This document shows, in pieces, positions 16,547 to 21,819 of a stretch of DNA of 21,819 bases. Each line of letters begins with the position of its first letter. The first letter of the stretch is position 1. Origin of the DNA: Candidatus Hermodarchaeota archaeon (lineage in GTDB: Archaea; Asgardarchaeota; Thorarchaeia; Thorarchaeales; Thorarchaeaceae); NCBI GenBank assembly GCA_048885865.1, contig JBHLLF010000043.1:1-21819 (forward strand), read 5' to 3'. Under the pieces are notes generated by a model. The model searched no databases and was not told the origin of the DNA. It saw nothing but the letters and a program-made list of their open reading frames with translations. The position numbers and the translations under genes were made by a program.

Positions 16547-17410
16547 ATGAGAACACATGAACTCCGGAAGACCATTCTCAGAATGGCGGGGACACATAAT
16601 TTCTATGGCTATGAGATTCATCAGAGGCTCGCGGAAAAGGGGATTAAGATTGGAATTGGTCGCCTCTATTCGATTCTGGGTGAAATGAAATCAGATGGAC
16701 TACTTAATGATAGATGGGAGGAGAGTAGCTCAGGTCCAAAGCGCAGAGTCTACCATGTTGCTCCCAAGGGCGGAAAGGAACGAGAAGGTATTCTCATGGA
16801 TGCGATAAAGACTGTTCATGACTTCTACATTGAGTACCTTTTGAATTTGCCACCAGAACTCAGTGCTTTCAACAGAATAGCGACATTTCTTACCAAGGGA
16901 ACAAAAGAGGAAATCAATATCGGATGTGCAGCACCAGGCATTTCAAGTTCAGTAAAGCGATTAATGAAGAAACTGCAAGAGAATCGCCCCAAAGCGAATG
17001 TTTACACTTTCTGTCCCAAGACAGCAGCCTCTGATCTTGACATTAATGGCATTCTGGCTCTGGATGGAAGCCTGGAAGACATTCCAACAAAAGATGGCTT
17101 TTTGGACCTCCTAGTCGTCACTGGAAATATCAGGAAGGATTGTTTGGATGCTTGCATAGCCGAATGGCGGAGAGTGATACACCCCAAGGGCAGAGTTGCA
17201 TTGGTTACTCCAACAGCAATCATCGCTGATTATAAGGACCCGCTTGGAATAGGGGAATTTATCGAGATGCGTGAGCATCCACCTACTGAAGGCGATGGTC
17301 ACCTGAATATCGGCATGTTGAGGGCAGCTTTAGAGAAACATTTCAGGAAAATCAGGGAAGAACGAGTTGTCCATGTTACAGCATTGACAGGCTCTGGAAG
17401 CATTTCATGA
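16547..17410 (+). CDS. PadR-family winged-HTH regulator fused to a methyltransferase-like domain
   Basis: FYGYEI...GRLYSILGEMKSDGLL...GPKRRVYHV (PadR), then LEDIPTKDGFLDLLVV...EWRRVIHPKGRVALV (class I MTase fold). GGAGG RBS. Confidence 0.85.
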   Translation: MRTHELRKTILRMAGTHNFYGYEIHQRLAEKGIKIGIGRLYSILGEMKSDGLLNDRWEESSSGPKRRVYHVAPKGGKEREGILMDAIKTVHDFYIEYLLNLPPELSAFNRIATFLTKGTKEEINIGCAAPGISSSVKRLMKKLQENRPKANVYTFCPKTAASDLDINGILALDGSLEDIPTKDGFLDLLVVTGNIRKDCLDACIAEWRRVIHPKGRVALVTPTAIIADYKDPLGIGEFIEMREHPPTEGDGHLNIGMLRAALEKHFRKIREERVVHVTALTGSGSIS

Positions 17411-17633
17411 GGATTTCTACATAAGAAAAGGAACCACATGCTTCAAAACGGCACATGCTATATTCACTTTGAAACTATACCGGATTTCTGATAGTCCTTT
17501 ATTTACAGCGTCCTCTAATGGTTTCAAGGCAATCATTAGTTATCCTGTAATTGATTCGATCCCGGATCGAGCACGCAAAGGATTGCAGGTCACTTCATGC
17601 GATTTCCAACTCCAAAAAAAAGTATACCATATT

Positions 17634-17663
17634 GGGAGGGTCAGGCTTAGCCTGGCTTCTCCC
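17634..17663. terminator. Orphan 13-bp hairpin with a nearby A8 tract
   Basis: GGGAGGGTCAGGC-TTA-GCCTGGCTTCTCCC. A8 at 17614-17621 reads as T8 downstream of the hairpin on the - strand. Confidence 0.4.
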
Positions 17664-17821
17664 TCCATCTAAACAGACTCTCTTTATGCTATCTCTTTGA
17701 TGAATCTGGTATAATCAATTTTGAACTATAGTGCCCCTTCGATAGCTGCTTAACTACTGATTTGCCATTGCCAAAATAGCTGATAATCAGCATTTGCATG
17801 AATTAGAAGGGGTTTAAGCTT

Positions 17822-18928
17822 TTGAAATCAAGGAATCTATATGCTGGTCTAGCCATTCTTGGATTCTTCCTAGCAGCATTCTTTGCGACAAATAGCATTG
17901 TAGCTCTGCCAGACGGAATTACTCTAATGGTTTATGAAACAACAGACCCCATCACTCTGGATGGTATTGCCTCAGAGGCAGCATGGGACAATGCTGACAC
18001 GCTCATCATTCCAGACATTGACGGGTCTGGAATTGACGTTACGTTGAAAGCCCTTGCAGACCAAACCTATGTTTACATCTATGCTACATGGAATGACACA
18101 ACGAAAGACGATACACGCAGAGGATGGGCGTTCAATGGCACGGATTGGGCAAACGTTGGAGGCAATGAGGATCGCATTACTATTGCGTGGGGATTAGGAA
18201 CTGCGATTGTTTGTGGTCATAATCCCAGTACAGCAGATAGCATGTTGTTTGATGTATGGCATTGGAAAGCTGCACGGACCGCCCTTGCGGGTTGGACTGA
18301 TGATAAGTTTTGGGATGGTTCGGGGAGGCATGGCGATGCAAAAACGGCAGGCGGCTACCTGGAGAACTCAGTTGTGGTTCAAGCTGCAAGTCCTGCAGCT
18401 ATAACAGCTGCACTTGGAAACAGCTCTCCTGTTGTTGCATTCAGTAATGATGACCGTCCCTATTGGGATAACTCGGGAGCTGTCATCTCTTGGACGAACG
18501 GAGCCAATTCAACTCCGATAGGTGACTATGTCCATGGCTACAACTCAACTATTCCTGTGGGTAGCAGAGGAGATGTTCTATCCGGTTCAACTCATAATGG
18601 AACGGCCTGGCATGTAGAGTTCAAAAGGGCTCTTGATACAGGAAACCCTGCTGATGATGTTGCTTTTGATGGAAGTCCACAACCATTCTTTGTTGCACTT
18701 CACAATAACTCTGGAGATGCAGCGCACTTCAAAGCAGGCGGAATGGCCACTACAGAATTCACTTTGGCATTTCCGGCATCAACCACTACAACAACTGAAT
18801 CAACCACAACATCAACTACGACTCCAACTCCTCCTCCTCCAATAGATCAAACACTATTGATTGCTGCAGCTATCGGGGGAATTGTGATTATACTTCTAAT
18901 TGCGATATTTGTCAGAAGAGGGAGATAA
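17822..18928 (+). CDS. Surface-anchored EB_dh/DOMON-like (putative heme-binding) protein
   Basis: Signal peptide; ITLDG...EAAW, EDRITIAW, DVWHWKAART and WHVEFKRALDTG motifs; Thr/Pro linker; C-terminal TM helix with basic tail RRGR. Confidence 0.8.
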   Translation: MKSRNLYAGLAILGFFLAAFFATNSIVALPDGITLMVYETTDPITLDGIASEAAWDNADTLIIPDIDGSGIDVTLKALADQTYVYIYATWNDTTKDDTRRGWAFNGTDWANVGGNEDRITIAWGLGTAIVCGHNPSTADSMLFDVWHWKAARTALAGWTDDKFWDGSGRHGDAKTAGGYLENSVVVQAASPAAITAALGNSSPVVAFSNDDRPYWDNSGAVISWTNGANSTPIGDYVHGYNSTIPVGSRGDVLSGSTHNGTAWHVEFKRALDTGNPADDVAFDGSPQPFFVALHNNSGDAAHFKAGGMATTEFTLAFPASTTTTTESTTTSTTTPTPPPPIDQTLLIAAAIGGIVIILLIAIFVRRGR

Positions 18929-18953
18929 GGCTCAAGGCCCCTCCCTTTTTTTT
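18919..18953 (+). terminator. Hairpin plus T8 terminator between convergent genes
   Basis: AGGGAG...CTCCCT stem with an inner GGC/GCC stem, followed by T8 (18946-18953). Confidence 0.7.
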
Positions 18954-18968
18954 CTCAATCTAGGGAGG

Positions 18969-19469
18969 TCAATTGTCCAATAGCTCTATGAATTTGGCAT
19001 TGGCCTTTAGTGATTCAAGATCTGAGTCCTCTTTAGCCCAATCCTTGATCCTAGCATCCTTCTCAAAGCACTGCTCTAGATAATCAAGGGCTCTCTCATT
19101 ATCACCTAGAAGGCATGTGTAGCAAGCTAGATTGTATAGGACCATACCTTGGTGCAATGGGTTCTCGGCGAGCGTCATTGCTTTCCTTGTGGAAGCTATT
19201 GCATCATCAAGGTCACCGGCTTCCTTTGAAGAGTAACCAAGACTGAGCCAAGAGAAGAAAGAGGATTTGTTCAATGTGGTTGCTTCACGAAACGCGTTCA
19301 CGGCGCCCTCGTAATCTGTCTTGGCAACCAAGACATGACCAAGCTGATCCCATATTGACCAATCACTAGCGCCATTATCAATAGCACCCCTCAGAAGATT
19401 CTCCGCATCGTCATGCATACCATCTTGTCTAAGCTTCTTCGCTTTCTCAACAAGCTCTGGAATTTTCAC
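18969..19469 (-). CDS. Tetratricopeptide repeat protein
   Basis: About 4 TPR units with a terminal YNLACY...DSDLESL cap; GTG start after GGAGG. Confidence 0.9.
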   Translation of the reverse strand: MKIPELVEKAKKLRQDGMHDDAENLLRGAIDNGASDWSIWDQLGHVLVAKTDYEGAVNAFREATTLNKSSFFSWLSLGYSSKEAGDLDDAIASTRKAMTLAENPLHQGMVLYNLACYTCLLGDNERALDYLEQCFEKDARIKDWAKEDSDLESLKANAKFIELLDN

Positions 19470-19556
19470 GAATTCAAATCCTCCCTAGGTGTAAATTGAG
19501 AATCTGTTGGTTGATTTTGCTTTTACAGAATTGCATACTGGCATCAGAAGCAAACG

Positions 19557-20219
19557 CTATGTTACTTTCAGGATGATTCCTTTATTTTCTAGCATGGCTA
19601 GAAAATCATTAGCCGCATATTCAGTGACATCAAGCTCCCTCATGAGTATCTCTTTGAGTATAGTAGGACTGAAAGGGTCTGATCCAACGAATCTACGGAC
19701 AAGAAGAATGAGTCGAAACTGCCGAGCGTTCGATGATAGACTCAAGGGACTCTCGTGAAGTTTGTATTTAGTTTCCTTAGGGTTGATGTATTCTCTCAGC
19801 TGAATATCTGCCCACTCATGATCGAAGAATGAGCGATCGCCGTCCCAAGTTGTTAAAAGAAAGCCATATTCATTCTCGTAGGCTGTGATGAAATTCTTGA
19901 GCTTGACCATGAATTGGTCTTCAATATCTCCTCTCGCGACGGCAATACCTGCCAAATAATCCCCATAGCAGATGTGAGCCACATGTTCATCCACCGGGTA
20001 GATCTCGTGATCAGTGTTTAGACCTTGACCACCATGAAGCTCTTCAACAAAGGAATAAGCTGTAAGAAGCGCACTAAAGAGGTCAGGGTCAATCTCGCCA
20101 GCGACAAATGACTTGTAGTAAATCGAGAGGCCGCTCTCTATCAATGAAACGATAATATGCTGAACATCATGGGCTGTATCTGTTTCCATGTGCATGTCGT
20201 CAAAGGTGTGGTGTGTCAA
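19557..20219 (-). CDS. Asgard-type longin-like domain protein with a C-terminal winged-helix-like region
   Basis: IIVSLIESGLSIYYKSF...IDPDLFSALLTA...KLKNFITAYENEY pattern; ends ANDFLAMLENKGII. Start uncertain (20219 TTG, 20195 or 20189 ATG). Confidence 0.6.
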   Translation of the reverse strand: MTHHTFDDMHMETDTAHDVQHIIVSLIESGLSIYYKSFVAGEIDPDLFSALLTAYSFVEELHGGQGLNTDHEIYPVDEHVAHICYGDYLAGIAVARGDIEDQFMVKLKNFITAYENEYGFLLTTWDGDRSFFDHEWADIQLREYINPKETKYKLHESPLSLSSNARQFRLILLVRRFVGSDPFSPTILKEILMRELDVTEYAANDFLAMLENKGIILKVT

Positions 20220-20401
20220 GGCTCAAACAACCCCGTTTGGACCCCTAATGTGTGTCCCTATCAGCTGCGCAACTGACGGGTACCACAACGAGATTTGGCT
20301 TACGGGTATAATTGTGTTGCCATAGAACTTACCAAAGCGCGGTTTCTTTACACCCTATGCTTCGTTATGCGATTCAACTAATCTGAGTCCTTAAGAAATA
20401 T

Positions 20402-20439
20402 GAGAGGGAGCTTGTGCTTTCCGCACAATGCTCCATCTC
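20402..20439 (-). terminator. Strong hairpin 3' of the MBL-fold gene
   Basis: On the - strand GAGA-U-GGAGC-A-UUGUGC-GGAAA-GCACAA-GCUCC-C-UCUC, beginning 12 nt after the stop codon; no long U tract. Confidence 0.5.
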
Positions 20440-20451
20440 GAGATTATTGTT

Positions 20452-21252
20452 TCATATTTGAAATGTGTGAGACTCGAAATATGCTAGACTCATGATGTTG
20501 CAGTCTGTTGTTCTATCTGCTACCATATCGTCATATTCCGCAATCCACGTCTGGTCAGCCCCAACTACATAGTGAATTGGAACAAAGCATCCAGGATTGA
20601 TTGTTTCCAGCGCCAATACGATCTCAAAATCTGCCATTGTCTGACAGCCGGGTCCGAGAGGCAAGAGCGCAACATCAATCTGACCAGCTAGCTGCTCATA
20701 TTCATCTATGTTCTTCGAGTCCCCAGCATGAAAGATGGTAAATCCATCTAGTTCTATGATATAGCTAGTCCAGTTAGCCTCGCTAGGATGAGAAGCTGGA
20801 TAGATGTCCACCGGAAACGTGTACATATAGAAGGCCGTAATATTGGCGGTTCCAACTTGGACATTATCCCCTGGAACTACTCCTATTCCGTCATGAAGGC
20901 TGACTTCAGTCGACATATTCGCAGGAAAGACATTTACTGTCCCTTCTTTTTGAAGCATGTCTATTGTCTGGCTCTGATAGTGGTCTCCATGAGGATGAGT
21001 CACTAGAATGGCATCTGCATCGAGGTCAGCGTAACTCGAGTCGAGTTCTACGGGGTCAATGTATATCCTTAGATCATCCGTTTCAATCATGACTCCCGCA
21101 TTTTCCAGCAGCGTGATCGTAATCGAATCCTCAGCATCTGGTGGTGGAGGTGGTGTCAAGAGCGGAAGTGCCACTATAGCAGAACCAACCGCGACTAGAA
21201 TAAGAATAGCCCCTAGTGCTATCATAGTCCGGGGTGTGCTACTAAGTCCCAT
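20452..21252 (-). CDS. Membrane-anchored MBL-fold metallo-hydrolase
   Basis: THPHGDH (HxHxDH), FHAGDS and VPIHY motifs; N-terminal TM helix and poly-Pro linker. ATG 21252 is preferred because TTAAATA lies about 27 nt upstream. Confidence 0.9.
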   Translation of the reverse strand: MGLSSTPRTMIALGAILILVAVGSAIVALPLLTPPPPPDAEDSITITLLENAGVMIETDDLRIYIDPVELDSSYADLDADAILVTHPHGDHYQSQTIDMLQKEGTVNVFPANMSTEVSLHDGIGVVPGDNVQVGTANITAFYMYTFPVDIYPASHPSEANWTSYIIELDGFTIFHAGDSKNIDEYEQLAGQIDVALLPLGPGCQTMADFEIVLALETINPGCFVPIHYVVGADQTWIAEYDDMVADRTTDCNIMSLAYFESHTFQI

Positions 21253-21341
21253 ATTCCGAAAGACACTTTGTAAGCCAGTATTTAAGGTAAGGTTCAACGC
21301 AGGCGATGTGTGACGCAAGACATACCGGAAGTCAGAGGATG

Positions 21342-21671
21342 CTATCCGGTCAGACCATTCTGGCTCTCGTAGTAGCACGACTTTACGAGCATTGCAATAA
21401 GGGCGTCCCTAACTGACGATTCATCGGGAAGCCCTGTGATTGTTGTATCGCAGATCCTTATGAGAGGGATTGTAGGCACTGGAGAATCTAAGGAGTCTTC
21501 ATTTATGTTCTCTATGTCTATTCGGCATATCGCGCTATCTTCAACTTCAAGAGGCTCGCGCACATCTTGCAAGACTTCATCAGCGGCTGGACAAAACGTA
21601 CAATTCTCTCCAGTATAGAAAAGGATGCATCCGCATCTACCACACACAGTTGATAAATTCGTCATGGTCAT
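21342..21671 (-). CDS. Small acidic hypothetical protein with an N-terminal zinc ribbon
   Basis: CGRC...CTFC after ATG 21671 or 21665; acidic remainder. Confidence 0.55.
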   Translation of the reverse strand: MTMTNLSTVCGRCGCILFYTGENCTFCPAADEVLQDVREPLEVEDSAICRIDIENINEDSLDSPVPTIPLIRICDTTITGLPDESSVRDALIAMLVKSCYYESQNGLTG

Positions 21672-21819
21672 TGCAGGAACTCGGACTATGATTATCGTAG
21701 TACTATATTCATGTATGTAACACATCAATGGTATAGGTCAGGGTGCTATTTTAGGCCGAGGAGTTCGACTTCAAACACAAGGGTCGAATTTGCAGGAATC
21801 AATCCGTCGCCCACATCCC

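Noticed and set aside
17469-17672. 67-aa ORF in the intergenic gap
   Set aside because: TTG start without an RBS, no recognisable motif, and it runs through the A8 tract and hairpin.
18778-18842. Low-complexity ACA/ACT/CCT repeats
   Set aside because: They encode the Thr/Pro linker of the surface protein and are not an independent repeat element.
20402-20439. Hairpin as a SECIS element
   Set aside because: It lacks the AUGA/GA core, and the upstream MBL-fold gene has no internal in-frame TGA.
1966-21618. Remaining 60-130 aa ORFs nested in or antisense to called genes (for example 2772-3140, 6320-6661, 8661-9047, 13488-13793, 15607-15921)
   Set aside because: They overlap motif-bearing genes almost entirely and have no motifs of their own.
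21764-21788. TTCGAC...GTCGAA inverted repeat with a T-loop-like GTTCGA
   Set aside because: Short stem with no tRNA cloverleaf around it, and too close to the window edge to evaluate.
1-21819. CRISPR array, transposase, integrase or defence island
   Set aside because: I found no regularly spaced repeats and no transposase, integrase, nuclease or reverse transcriptase motifs.

Overview
A gene-dense archaeal chromosomal segment with no mobile element, CRISPR array, rRNA or tRNA that I can recognise. TATA-type promoters, GGAGG/GAGGTG ribosome-binding sites, frequent TTG/GTG starts and an Asgard-type longin-like protein suggest an Asgard archaeon such as Thorarchaeia (inference). It holds about 25 CDSs. 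These include an acyl-CoA catabolic cluster (SCP2-type thiolase plus DUF35 partner, divergent acyl-CoA dehydrogenase, Cys-rich Fe-S protein), a nitroreductase, a LeuA/homocitrate-synthase-family enzyme, a methyltransferase, a nucleoside phosphorylase, OsmC, a vWA protein, NadE, a PadR-methyltransferase fusion, an EB_dh/DOMON-type surface protein, TPR, longin-like and MBL-fold proteins. The most notable unannotated element is a roughly 125-nt structured RNA candidate at 13386-13510 (+). It has its own TATA-like box, a 25-bp terminal helix, a C-rich loop containing an anti-Shine-Dalgarno CCUCC, and a cUUCGg hairpin. Other highlights are a PadR-methyltransferase regulator with a perfect palindromic operator and a degenerate second copy, a frameshifted DUF6958-like gene, and a long edge ORF missing from the ORF track that carries a Vps62/NPP1-like motif.
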